The notes beneath the pieces are model-generated. The model was given only the letters and a program-made list of their open reading frames with translations. It was not told where the DNA came from and did no database searches. This document shows positions 18,654 through 27,894 of a stretch of DNA of 32,000 nt, in pieces (position 1 is the first letter of the stretch; each line of letters begins with the position of its first letter). The position numbers and the translations under genes were made by a program. The stretch is from Thiotrichales bacterium 19S9-11 (GTDB taxonomy: Bacteria > Pseudomonadota > Gammaproteobacteria > Francisellales > Francisellaceae): assembly GCA_021713395.1 (NCBI GenBank), contig JAKJJT010000014.1, positions 2,628-34,627 on the forward strand, in the 5' to 3' direction.

Positions 18654-21192
18654 ACATATCTCCATAATGTGCTTTTGCAACCTGATTAACTGCTTCTAAT
18701 AATGGCACTCCCTTCTTTTTAAGTGCTTCAACAGCTGAATAATCCTCACCTGCTGAAGACATCATCACTAAAGTAAATGGATCAACAAATAACCGCTGAA
18801 AAGTTTGTAAATTTTGGCCTTTGATTAAAACTTGAGAGTAACCTGCTTCTTTTGCTTGAGGAAACTTCTTTAAAATATTTAATTCATACTCATTAAACAT
18901 CTCATGTTCTTTATTAAACTGATCAAGTTTGCTTGAGTCTTGTAAAAGGATAAGTTTAAGTGCTGCGTTATCCCACAATGCCTTTGCTGCTGGGAAGTCT
19001 GTATAGTCACTGATACCTTGAGTAATCGTAACAAACGATGCATTATGACGCCTGCCTGTTCTAAAGCCTTCAATTAAAAACTCAATTGCGCGCGGACTAC
19101 CAGCAAAAAACTTCCAACCTTCATCCATTATGAATTGTTTTTTGATTGAGCGATCTAATAAATAAACTGTATTCTTAACTTGATTAAATGCTGACATTAA
19201 TACAGGTGAAACTAGACTTTTCTTATCCTTGATCTCTAAAAGATCAATCACAATAAAACGAGATTTAGGATCAAATTTAGATCGTTCATTAAAAACACGA
19301 CCATGCTCTGCTTTCGATGTAAATGGATCAATATTTTCTGCTAATGCCTTTGCACTAAAAAAGCGCCCTTGATCAAGATTTCTTAATGACTCTTGAACAT
19401 CATCAACTAAAGCAGCATTCCCTTTCCTCTGAAAAGCATCCAAAATAGCAGCTCTAAGAGCAGCAGTTTGATTATTAGATGCCTTTTCTTTAGAGCATGT
19501 TATTTCTTCAAATAGGTCAATTAAGTTATCAATTGAATCATAAATGTTTCTAACATATGTAAATGGGTTTAGAGCAAGATTACTGTATTCTAAATAAACA
19601 CCATTAACTGCCTCACAAAGTTTTCTATAAGACCCACCAATATCAATGATATAAACATACCCACCATCAAATAATGTTGATAATGCCATCATTTGCATTA
19701 AGAAACTTTTGCCAGCACCTGATGTGCCTGTTACCGCTGCATTAAAATTAGTACCCCAAAATCCAGAAAATGGGTCTACTAGCGAAAACTGTCCTCGCAT
19801 TGAAGGTAACAATATACCTTTATCTTGGCCATGCCAATCACTTAAAACAGGTAGGTACTGCGTTGCATTCCATGAGGATATATGATGCATCATCATCGGT
19901 AATGCAAAGTCATACTGCAAATGATTGGTAAACATAAAAGGCATAGATGCTAAAAAATAAGGCATTTGCATACGCTTACAAACTGATAACTTAATCCCAG
20001 GCAAGTTAAATGCATTTTTTGCTTTTTCTACATCTACTTCTCGTTTTGAAGGTTTAGAGAATAAAACTACGTTATATAACATTTTACAGGAACGTGTTTT
20101 TTGCTTCGTTAAGTCTTCACGAAAGCTCTTCCACTGTTGTGCCTGCTCTTCTGTTCCTGCAACTAAAGTTGCATAATCACTTCTAGATTTTTTAGTTAAA
20201 TCTCGAGTTTTTCTATTTGCTTTAGATAATGCTTTACCATGCTCATCTAATTTATAAATTGCAGTAATAATATGATTACAGTTAATGTGGTAAAGCGTAT
20301 CAAAGATATTGGAAGTATTATTAATATTCTCCCAAAGCCTAAAACTTGATGGTAGCTTATCAATTGTTAAGACACTAATATCTGTTTGATAGGATTTTCC
20401 ATTTCTATCATCACCTGACAAACGTAAATGATCTTTCTCTCTATCATCAACACTTAGTTCAAAGGAACGATCATTAACCTGGTATTTTAAGAGATTATCT
20501 TCTTGATGGCTTATTTTAGAAGGATAAATATCATCTGTGTTATGCGCTGTGTAAAACTGAATTAAATGTAAAAAATCGACAGAGTCACACAATTTAAAGC
20601 TAATACTTGATGCAGTTAATGCTGCCTCGAAAGATACTTTAAATCGATCAAAAGCTATGATTAAATCATTTTCAGATTGATTCTTTTTAGCAGTATCAAT
20701 AACTAAATAAATTTCTGTTTGAGTAAGTCTTGTTTCAGTCTCATTTCTAGTTTTAAACCCAGAAACACAGGCTTTTTTATAATAAGCTTCTAATGAATCA
20801 CCTAATGCAGATAGCTCTCCTAAGTTTTTATCTCTAAATTGACTAGCAAAGCGATCAATTTTATTACCCAATTGATTATGCTTAACATGAATGGCTGTAA
20901 TGATAAATTCATCACTTATTTTAGTCCGAATAATTCCATCTAACTGCTCAGCAATTGCCTCATTAGCTCCAGTTAATGGACTAATTTGATAGATAATCCC
21001 TGCATTATGTTTATTAAAAAATACATGCGATCGATCATCAAAATACTCATAAGGTAATTCATCAGAAAATGATGGGTATCGGTAATCTGAAATATCAGTT
21101 GTTGCTTTATGATAAGAAGCATCTTCAACTGAATCAATTAAACCAAAGTATTGACCAATTTTTGTCGTAATCTCTTTAACCTGACCTAACAT
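18646..21192 (-). CDS. traC: TraC, VirB4-family T4SS ATPase
   Basis: 848 aa. Walker A VTGTSGAGKSF, Walker B FIMDEGWKF. Typical size and position. Confidence 0.95.
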   Translation of the reverse strand: MLGQVKEITTKIGQYFGLIDSVEDASYHKATTDISDYRYPSFSDELPYEYFDDRSHVFFNKHNAGIIYQISPLTGANEAIAEQLDGIIRTKISDEFIITAIHVKHNQLGNKIDRFASQFRDKNLGELSALGDSLEAYYKKACVSGFKTRNETETRLTQTEIYLVIDTAKKNQSENDLIIAFDRFKVSFEAALTASSISFKLCDSVDFLHLIQFYTAHNTDDIYPSKISHQEDNLLKYQVNDRSFELSVDDREKDHLRLSGDDRNGKSYQTDISVLTIDKLPSSFRLWENINNTSNIFDTLYHINCNHIITAIYKLDEHGKALSKANRKTRDLTKKSRSDYATLVAGTEEQAQQWKSFREDLTKQKTRSCKMLYNVVLFSKPSKREVDVEKAKNAFNLPGIKLSVCKRMQMPYFLASMPFMFTNHLQYDFALPMMMHHISSWNATQYLPVLSDWHGQDKGILLPSMRGQFSLVDPFSGFWGTNFNAAVTGTSGAGKSFLMQMMALSTLFDGGYVYIIDIGGSYRKLCEAVNGVYLEYSNLALNPFTYVRNIYDSIDNLIDLFEEITCSKEKASNNQTAALRAAILDAFQRKGNAALVDDVQESLRNLDQGRFFSAKALAENIDPFTSKAEHGRVFNERSKFDPKSRFIVIDLLEIKDKKSLVSPVLMSAFNQVKNTVYLLDRSIKKQFIMDEGWKFFAGSPRAIEFLIEGFRTGRRHNASFVTITQGISDYTDFPAAKALWDNAALKLILLQDSSKLDQFNKEHEMFNEYELNILKKFPQAKEAGYSQVLIKGQNLQTFQRLFVDPFTLVMMSSAGEDYSAVEALKKKGVPLLEAVNQVAKAHYGDMYV

Positions 21193-21197
21193 CGCCT

Positions 21198-21662
21198 CTA
21201 CTCCACATCATCATAATCATTTTCAGTGATTTCTTTTTGTGGCAGAGATGACCAATGTGATTCTTCTACTACAAACGTAATGTAGCTTGATCCGTGATAG
21301 TTGTTATCTTCATCCTGCCAAGGCGCAACCCATAATCTTGCATCAATTTCTTCAGTTCGTAATGGCTGACCAGAATAAGGTGTTGGGCTATTAAATCCTG
21401 ACCAAGCAACATGATATGATTTTTGCTGTATGCTTCTGTTATCAGAATCGACATCTAATGGCTTTTTTTCATCTTCTACATACTCCCCATTAGCACTAAA
21501 TCGCCCTTCACTAATCATTTGATTAACCTGATCAACTGATTGACAGCCTCCCTGTTCAGTAAAAGGACAGCGTGCATCATCAGAAAACATACTTGCACAA
21601 CCAGATAAAGTGATTGCTAATGTAAAAAGAGCTAATAGTTTTATTCTTTTAAATTTAAACAT
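21198..21662 (-). CDS. traV: TraV outer-membrane lipoprotein
   Basis: Lipobox LSGCASM followed by the conserved paired cysteines (RCPFTEQGGCQS). Confidence 0.8.
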   Translation of the reverse strand: MFKFKRIKLLALFTLAITLSGCASMFSDDARCPFTEQGGCQSVDQVNQMISEGRFSANGEYVEDEKKPLDVDSDNRSIQQKSYHVAWSGFNSPTPYSGQPLRTEEIDARLWVAPWQDEDNNYHGSSYITFVVEESHWSSLPQKEITENDYDDVE

Positions 21663-23119
21663 TATAAGTTCACTCCTTGACTAACTGGACTAAATATTGA
21701 CTGATTAACTGCCTGTTGATTGGCATTAAACTCTGCATTTGCTTTAGACTGTGCTTCTCTTTGAACATTCTTTGAAGTATCAGAAATAGCATTTGCAAAC
21801 GGGTTATTGACAAACCCTGTTGAGACTTTTTCAACCAAATGATTTGATAGGTTTTTACTATCTGAGTCATTAACTGATTTCATAGACTCAAAATCTTGAT
21901 GTGCTTGATCAATCCAAAAGCCTGCTTGAAATAATACAGTTACCTTTCTTCCTGCTCTAACAACAACAATCGGGTGATAAATATTAGCAATAGACATTAG
22001 ATAATCTGTAATTTTGTCTGATGGTTGACTAATACCTTCTCCAATACCACTTTTTAACGCTGATGTTGGTGTAGTTACGACTCCTGATCCTGTAACAGTC
22101 GATGTTTGCCCAGAAGATGATAAACCATCACCAATTCCAGAAATTAAACCTGCAACTGCTGCGTATCCTAAAATTGGTTTTGCTTTTAATACTGGAACTC
22201 CTCGAATATCTTGCATGGCATCTAAATCAAAAACTGAGCCATAAACTTTCTTTTCAAATGAGTATTCCTTACCTGCACAAGATAATGTTTCAAGATGAAC
22301 AACATCACTATCAGATGATAAATCGCCATAGGTTGAACCTAATACAACACAGTTTTTTAAATGAGAGGTTTTACCATTAGGCATCGTCCCATTTGTTGTT
22401 AATCTTATCGCAACTGTACCTGTGTTTTTGGTTGAATTAGTTCCTGCATCACCAATAATACCTGTAATTAAATAACCATTAGCAAATGTCCCAGCCCAAA
22501 CATAATTTTTAGGCGTGCGCTTCATTTGTTCCTTTTTATCTTCTGGATATGAAATATTAACGTCTTCTATACCTAGACTACTTACAATCGGTGTTTGAGT
22601 TATAGCTTGATAAGGCATTGCTACAGATTTACTTGGTGCTACGCCTTCATGCTTTTCAGATACTGAGTTAATTGACTTTGGAGTAACCTTATTTTGTTTT
22701 GTAGTTTTAGCATGTTTTACTAAATACAGTTCTCTTTTAAGGTTTTTAAGCTCCTTCTGCATTGCTTCCATTTGCTTAAGCGTTTGCACGTTAAGCTTTT
22801 CTGAATGATTTGAGCTTTCTGCCTTTTTCTGTTTTTCTAACTCAGAAAGTTTACTATTAGTCCTATCTAGTTTTTCTGTAATTGCTTCTATTTTTGCATG
22901 ATCATAGGCAAGGCCAACGTTATCATCAAAAGCACCTGAAAAATGGATTGGTTTTGATGACTTATGTGGCTTATGTTTCTGTGTACTATAAAAGTAAAAT
23001 CCAATGCCAATTAAGATAAAAACAATAACAATAGAAAGTGTTTTTAATTGCTCTATACGTGCCTTTTTATTAGCGTTTCCAGAGCGTTCAAATAACTTTT
23101 TCAGTTCATTCTTAAACAT
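21662..23119 (-). CDS. traB: TraB (VirB10-like)
   Basis: 485 aa. N-terminal TM segment, coiled-coil region, C-terminal beta-rich domain. Lies between traK and traV. Confidence 0.85.
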   Translation of the reverse strand: MFKNELKKLFERSGNANKKARIEQLKTLSIVIVFILIGIGFYFYSTQKHKPHKSSKPIHFSGAFDDNVGLAYDHAKIEAITEKLDRTNSKLSELEKQKKAESSNHSEKLNVQTLKQMEAMQKELKNLKRELYLVKHAKTTKQNKVTPKSINSVSEKHEGVAPSKSVAMPYQAITQTPIVSSLGIEDVNISYPEDKKEQMKRTPKNYVWAGTFANGYLITGIIGDAGTNSTKNTGTVAIRLTTNGTMPNGKTSHLKNCVVLGSTYGDLSSDSDVVHLETLSCAGKEYSFEKKVYGSVFDLDAMQDIRGVPVLKAKPILGYAAVAGLISGIGDGLSSSGQTSTVTGSGVVTTPTSALKSGIGEGISQPSDKITDYLMSIANIYHPIVVVRAGRKVTVLFQAGFWIDQAHQDFESMKSVNDSDSKNLSNHLVEKVSTGFVNNPFANAISDTSKNVQREAQSKANAEFNANQQAVNQSIFSPVSQGVNL

Positions 23120-23124
23120 TACAT

Positions 23125-23829
23125 CTATCCCTTAGCAACGATTGTATAAACAAAGCCAACTTGATCTTTAAATAAGATTTGTTTACTTAAGCTAACGGCT
23201 CTAACACCCTCTCGCCAAAACTTACGCTCAGGTAAAGAAACATGATGTTCTGATTGATTTTTTATCTCATAAATAAAACCGCTAAGCTTTGCAGATTCAT
23301 AAACTTTTATAAGTTTCATTGATGTACCTGGATAACCTACAAATTCTTTTGAATCCGTAACCTCTTGGCTTCTTATTCCTTCTGATTGTTCACCTTTAAT
23401 CATTGATCGCACCATCTTTTGTAAGAGCTTTAAGTAACCTGTATTCTTTTCCCAGCGGGCATCTTTCTCTGTGATATTATTTGCAATCATTTGAATGGTT
23501 TGACCTATATCAGAAACAGGCATCACTAGTGCTGAAAAGTGGTGGCCTTTTTGAGTACTAAAAAATAAAGTAAACGGCTTTTGCGAGTAAACAGGTTTGA
23601 AGTAAAGCGAACCATCTTTACTTAATGCTTTATCAAAAATAAAAGTGCCTTCAGGCGCAACATGTTTAATAATCTTATCGTGTTTAACAAAAAGACGATT
23701 AATGTTGGTAATTGATGCTTTAAATGAAACTGTACTATTATCGTTAAAATGAATAATACTCGCCTCTTCTGATGCAAAAGCAATACTTGATAACAACAAG
23801 CAAGCACCAACAGTAATTTTCTTAAGCAT
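23125..23829 (-). CDS. traK: TraK (VirB9-like/secretin-like)
   Basis: 234 aa with a signal peptide, located between traE and traB. Confidence 0.75.
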   Translation of the reverse strand: MLKKITVGACLLLSSIAFASEEASIIHFNDNSTVSFKASITNINRLFVKHDKIIKHVAPEGTFIFDKALSKDGSLYFKPVYSQKPFTLFFSTQKGHHFSALVMPVSDIGQTIQMIANNITEKDARWEKNTGYLKLLQKMVRSMIKGEQSEGIRSQEVTDSKEFVGYPGTSMKLIKVYESAKLSGFIYEIKNQSEHHVSLPERKFWREGVRAVSLSKQILFKDQVGFVYTIVAKG

Positions 23830-24388
23830 GACCTTTTACCTCACTAATAGAAACAATGGTTAATAACCCTAAGTGATAGGAAAAATGAATTTGATAAGTC
23901 TTTTTAACAGGTTTTAAAATAATTCCATCATCAACCCGTTGTAACTGCCCTGTTACCTGTACAACAAGAGATTGACTGTCAACCAATGGCTTTTTATTTT
24001 GATAAAAGACACTACTCATCTTACGTCTTTTAACTGACTCTATTTCTTCATTAAGCGTCTTTTTTAAAGCTTCTTTCTGATCAACTGATACAAGATTGAG
24101 TAACTTCGTATATTGCTTTGAAATCGTATCTGATGACCAAGTAAGTCTTGACTGCATAATATCTGTTGCCATATCAGATAAATAAGACGGTGAAGCATTA
24201 AAACTACTTAAACTAAATGATTCACTCGTATGTGTTGGTATATAAATGCGCTCTTTAACAAAAAATGAATAAAAAGAAAGACCTGACAATACCAATACAA
24301 CAACAACGAGAGATAAACAGGTTGTTATTAATATTCGAATTAATTGCCTATTTTTAGTTAAGACATCATCCCGCAGTTGAGTTTTCAT
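23822..24388 (-). CDS. traE: TraE
   Basis: 188 aa with a single N-terminal TM segment, collinear with F TraE. Confidence 0.8.
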   Translation of the reverse strand: MKTQLRDDVLTKNRQLIRILITTCLSLVVVVLVLSGLSFYSFFVKERIYIPTHTSESFSLSSFNASPSYLSDMATDIMQSRLTWSSDTISKQYTKLLNLVSVDQKEALKKTLNEEIESVKRRKMSSVFYQNKKPLVDSQSLVVQVTGQLQRVDDGIILKPVKKTYQIHFSYHLGLLTIVSISEVKGHA

Positions 24389-24397
24389 ATTAAATCC

Positions 24398-24688
24398 TTA
24401 TCTTAAATAAACGCGATTGGCTGAGTTAGGTGATTTTCTTAAAATCAATTTGGTTATTTGATTGGGTAACATCCAATAGATAAAGGAATAGAAAAAACGT
24501 ATTCCTTCCCCTCCAAATTTCAGATGAAATATGAGACTAATAACAGCACCAAATAAAAATAAAGAAATGCCTAAACCCGTTAATAAGCCAATAACTGTTA
24601 AACCTATACAGGGAAGCCCCGTTACAATTGGAATTCCAAATAGCTTTGGTTCATCAGATAGCATAAAAGTATGATATTCTCTTTGCAT
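24398..24688 (-). CDS. traL: TraL
   Basis: 96 aa. Has LFGIPIVT (compare WFGLPLDE in F TraL) and a YWMLP motif. Confidence 0.8.
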   Translation of the reverse strand: MQREYHTFMLSDEPKLFGIPIVTGLPCIGLTVIGLLTGLGISLFLFGAVISLIFHLKFGGEGIRFFYSFIYWMLPNQITKLILRKSPNSANRVYLR

Positions 24689-24702
24689 TATTTGATTCCT
24701 AA

Positions 24703-25014
24703 CTAAAGAAGAAAGAAATTTACAAAAAGCATCAATACAACAATGCCTAATAACGCATATATTTTTTTTGTTGTGATATAAGTTACAATGGCGACTATGA
24801 CCTCACCAATATATACAATTTTTATAAAGTTAGAGTCTTTCCCAAATGTTGCTGACACTGCATCTGCAGCACCATCTAAATAATCCACTCCATCCTCAGC
24901 AAATAGATGGCTAGAAAACAAAAGAAATAAGAACAAAATCAAAATTGTTGCTGGTAAATATCCCATTCCTATACAGTAAGCTTTTAATAACCAATTATTC
25001 ATCTTACTTTTCAT
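24703..25014 (-). CDS. traA: F-type propilin TraA
   Basis: 103 aa. Long leader ending ...HLFA, then a mature part of about 64 aa. AVSATFGKDSNFIKIVYIGEVIVAIVTYITTKKIYALLGIVV parallels F pilin TVKATFGKDSSVVKWVVLAEVLVGAVMYMMTKNVKFLAGFAI. AGGAG RBS present. Confidence 0.85.
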   Translation of the reverse strand: MKSKMNNWLLKAYCIGMGYLPATILILFLFLLFSSHLFAEDGVDYLDGAADAVSATFGKDSNFIKIVYIGEVIVAIVTYITTKKIYALLGIVVLMLFVNFFLL

Positions 25015-25016
25015 AT

Positions 25017-25151
25017 TTAATCTCCTATGGTTTCATACTGATATTGCGAATTGATTTGAGTAACAATGACTGGTTTTACAGGCTTAGCTATCTTTTGATT
25101 TGTGCAGGCTACTAAAAAAATGATCATTGTAATCCCTAAAAATATTTTCAT
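25017..25151 (-). CDS. 44-aa putative lipoprotein (not in the ORF track)
   Basis: Own translation: MKIFLGITMIIFLVACTNQKIAKPVKPVIVTQINSQYQYETIGD with lipobox LVAC. Its ATG overlaps the TGA of the upstream ORF (ATGA coupling), and its stop lies 2 nt before the traA ATG. Confidence 0.5.
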   Translation of the reverse strand: MKIFLGITMIIFLVACTNQKIAKPVKPVIVTQINSQYQYETIGD

Positions 25152-25438
25152 TTACTAATGCCTTTGTTTCTTCTACTTATGACTTCATCAAAAAACTCAA
25201 CTAGTAAAACTCCAAAACCCAGACAAAGTGGTAATGAAATTAACGTTTGAATAAGTAAAATTACTGCCTGTAATAATGCATCTGCATGAATGACTTTTTC
25301 TTTAGATAAAATATTGACTAAGACTGCTGCATCATTTCCTAAAATAAATTTCATAATTAATGTTGCTAAAATAAATCCAATTGCAAACTTCACAGTTGAA
25401 CTTAAACGTTTTTTTGACTTGTTTTTTACTTCTATCAT
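25148..25438 (-). CDS. small inner-membrane protein (2 TM), first gene of the tra operon
   Basis: 96 aa with two hydrophobic helices, translationally coupled to the downstream lipoprotein ORF. Confidence 0.6.
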   Translation of the reverse strand: MIEVKNKSKKRLSSTVKFAIGFILATLIMKFILGNDAAVLVNILSKEKVIHADALLQAVILLIQTLISLPLCLGFGVLLVEFFDEVISRRNKGISK

Positions 25439-25591
25439 TATCTGATCTCCTTATTTTTAGACAAAAAGTCCCCTACCCATTACAAAATGGGCTTTTAAAA
25501 ATTCCATTGGTTTAAAATAAATGACTAAAAACTAACTTACGTTTTCCATGAATAGCTCCTTGAATTTTTTAATTTGATTCTTGGTTAACTT

Positions 25592-25906
25592 TTATTGCTT
25601 GTGCATTTCCACCCATTTCTCAATGTCTTCACGTGCCCAAAACACTCGGTTACCTATAGATTTATTTTCTGGAAATTTTCCCATTCTAATATGCCTATAA
25701 ATCCAATCTGATTTTCTTCCAATAATTGCTTCTACATCACGAGCAGAAAGCAGCTCTTTTTTAATCCCAGTTGTACCTTTTGCTGTTTCTAATTTTTTGA
25801 CCTTATCTGCTAAAAACTCAATCATTTGGGTTAGTCTCTCAATATTCCGACTAATTGGTTGAACTTCAGCTGAAACAACCCCCCTAAAAGTTTCTTCAAA
25901 ACTCAT
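25592..25906 (-). CDS. AlpA-family (MerR-like HTH) regulator / excisionase-type protein
   Basis: C-terminal half LLSARDVEAIIGRKSDWIYRHIRMGKFPENKSIGNRVFWAREDIEKWV matches the AlpA/Xis pattern. ATGA overlap with the upstream gene. Confidence 0.75.
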   Translation of the reverse strand: MSFEETFRGVVSAEVQPISRNIERLTQMIEFLADKVKKLETAKGTTGIKKELLSARDVEAIIGRKSDWIYRHIRMGKFPENKSIGNRVFWAREDIEKWVEMHKQ

Positions 25907-26658
25907 GCTACTACTCCTACCATTTGAACTTTCCTTTTATCATGCCCTGTAAATCTTAAGAATAAACCCGATTCTAGAATCCTTGACATTAACCTCTGCC
26001 CAATGAACTTCTCCAGTTCTTTCCTATCTAGATTAGAAATAATAATTGTTGGCAACATTGCTTCATATCTTTCGTTAATAACGTCAAACAGCTGCAAGTG
26101 ATCAGAACTTTTTCCTCTTATTAGGTCAATTTCATCAATAACTAACAAATCATAATCTGCTAATTCATTTTTAATTTGTTGTTCTGTTTTTTTACTAGCA
26201 GAAGTATATGTCTCATTAATGCTACTAATTAGATTATAAGCTGTTAGTATTTTGGCTTTTAATTTATGTTTTATAATAACTTCTCTAACGATACTAGAAG
26301 CAAGATATGTTTTACCACTACCTGTTGTCCCTATCATTACTATGCTTGAGCCTAGTTCTTTCATTTGTTGAAATGCACTAGAGAACTGAACAGCAGCTTT
26401 TAAATTGATAGTGTCTTCTTTATTCTGCGGCTTAAAGTTTTCAAAACTTGCTGATCTAAACCTCTTCTTTATGCCAGAGCGTGATAATAATCTTGAAACT
26501 TGGTATGCATTTTCTCTAGCATGCTTACTCTCAAGATCGCATTCAGAACAAGAATATAAGTATCCTATTTTATGCTTTTCGCAGTACTGCTTTTTGGAGT
26601 CTAATTTTGATTGTATCCTTTCAATCTGTTTCGAAATATTTTGAATATTAGTCATCAT
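25903..26658 (-). CDS. DnaC/IstB-like AAA+ helicase loader
   Basis: Walker A GTTGSGKTYLA and Walker B LLVIDEID. 251 aa, downstream of a replisome-organizer gene. Confidence 0.85.
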   Translation of the reverse strand: MMTNIQNISKQIERIQSKLDSKKQYCEKHKIGYLYSCSECDLESKHARENAYQVSRLLSRSGIKKRFRSASFENFKPQNKEDTINLKAAVQFSSAFQQMKELGSSIVMIGTTGSGKTYLASSIVREVIIKHKLKAKILTAYNLISSINETYTSASKKTEQQIKNELADYDLLVIDEIDLIRGKSSDHLQLFDVINERYEAMLPTIIISNLDRKELEKFIGQRLMSRILESGLFLRFTGHDKRKVQMVGVVA

Positions 26659-27511
26659 AACTCCTTCCTTGAGTATTAAATATTTCTCCCATTACTGCTT
26701 CATTGTGTTTTAAAAGCTCATCATCTGAATAACTCCATGCATCATCAAAAACTTTATTAACTGATGAGTTATATTTATTTTCCTGCTTTCCATGGTTCTT
26801 AATTGGGTAAACTGATTTCCAAGAATTAATAATTGAGTTTTCGAGCATCTGCTTTTGTTCATTCAATGGATGTTTGTTTAGCTCATTCACTATTAAGTTA
26901 ATTACTCTATCCGTATTGTTTGCTTTAAGTTGAGTTCTTACATTTAAAAATTCTTCAAAAAGTTTATGTAGTGATAAATCAATCAAATCAAAAATAGTTT
27001 TTTCTTTTTGTATATTTTTTCTTTTTTCTATCTCTTTACTCTTATCTATATCTATCTCTTTCTCTGGCGTTGCATTTTTGTTGCATTGGCGTTGCATCAG
27101 CGTTGCATCAGCGTTGCATTGCAACGCTTCTGGCTGACATTTGTTCAATTTCTTTGCTCTAAGGTTGCGTGCTCGTATTGTACTTTGTGTTTCACTACCA
27201 ATTAAATCTATTACATTAGTTACTAAATATTTGTTAGACTCCACCTCATCAAGAAGACCTGTACGTAGCATATATTCTAGTGTAACTTCAACATTATCAT
27301 CATCTTCATCAAGGATAAGAGAAAGTTCACTTGAAAAATCTTTTTCTAATCCTTCAAAATAAATAAAACCTTGATTTTTTATCGATAAAAGCATTATTTT
27401 TTGAAAAATAATTGTATAAGTATCCCCACCAGCAATTTTACGCAATTTTTTAATCTTTGGCTCAGAAAAAAAACCTTCCTTAAGTTTTAGCCAAAAGTAT
27501 CGTTTATTCAT
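26648..27511 (-). CDS. phage-type replisome organizer / replication initiator (DnaD-like)
   Basis: N-terminus YFWLKLKEGFFSEPKIKKLRKIAGGDTYTIIFQKIMLLS is the typical replisome-organizer N-domain pattern. An acidic linker contains the iterons. Confidence 0.8.
   Translation of the reverse strand: MNKRYFWLKLKEGFFSEPKIKKLRKIAGGDTYTIIFQKIMLLSIKNQGFIYFEGLEKDFSSELSLILDEDDDNVEVTLEYMLRTGLLDEVESNKYLVTNVIDLIGSETQSTIRARNLRAKKLNKCQPEALQCNADATLMQRQCNKNATPEKEIDIDKSKEIEKRKNIQKEKTIFDLIDLSLHKLFEEFLNVRTQLKANNTDRVINLIVNELNKHPLNEQKQMLENSIINSWKSVYPIKNHGKQENKYNSSVNKVFDDAWSYSDDELLKHNEAVMGEIFNTQGRSYDD
27067..27127. promoter_or_regulatory. iteron array (candidate replication origin) inside the initiator gene
   Basis: GCGTTGCAT at 27067, (GTTGCAT) at 27078-27086, then 27089, 27100 and 27111, giving an exact 11-bp period. 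An inverted copy TGCAACGC at 27120-27127 forms a palindrome. An AT-rich tract lies immediately adjacent (about 26990-27066). Confidence 0.7.
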
Positions 27512-27894
27512 AAATAGACTCCTTATTTATTTCAGCAATAGAAATTTTTAAAGGTGCTATAAGACAAACTGATCGAATCCTCTTGAATATGAATAAAGTC
27601 ATTTACTGAACAGCAAATATCTTTTATCATGGATGAACTGATCGTTGGTCAGTGCCCGGTGAGCTTTATAAATGTTTAGCGACCTGAATAAAGCTCATCA
27701 AAAATTTCACAATTTAAATTTAACTTCCTTGATTTCCTTTTGTATTTTACTCATTGAGCATCTAAAATCTTAATGCATAAGAATGGCATTTTCAACAAAT
27801 ATTATTCAATTTTATTTGTCAGTATTTTTACATTGTTATCCATAGAAAAATAGTATATATTTTACAAATTGTGGCAGAATTTAAGAGGAATAAA

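Noticed and set aside
25455-25500. Hairpin CCCATT-acaa-AATGGG between the AlpA-like gene and the tra operon, considered as a terminator
   Set aside because: On the transcribed (minus) strand it is not followed directly by a U run. It may be a regulatory hairpin, but I cannot support a terminator call.
27871-27894. GTG start extending the thioesterase by 8 codons
   Set aside because: The ATG at 27895 has a well-spaced AGAGGA Shine-Dalgarno sequence, whereas the GTG has none.
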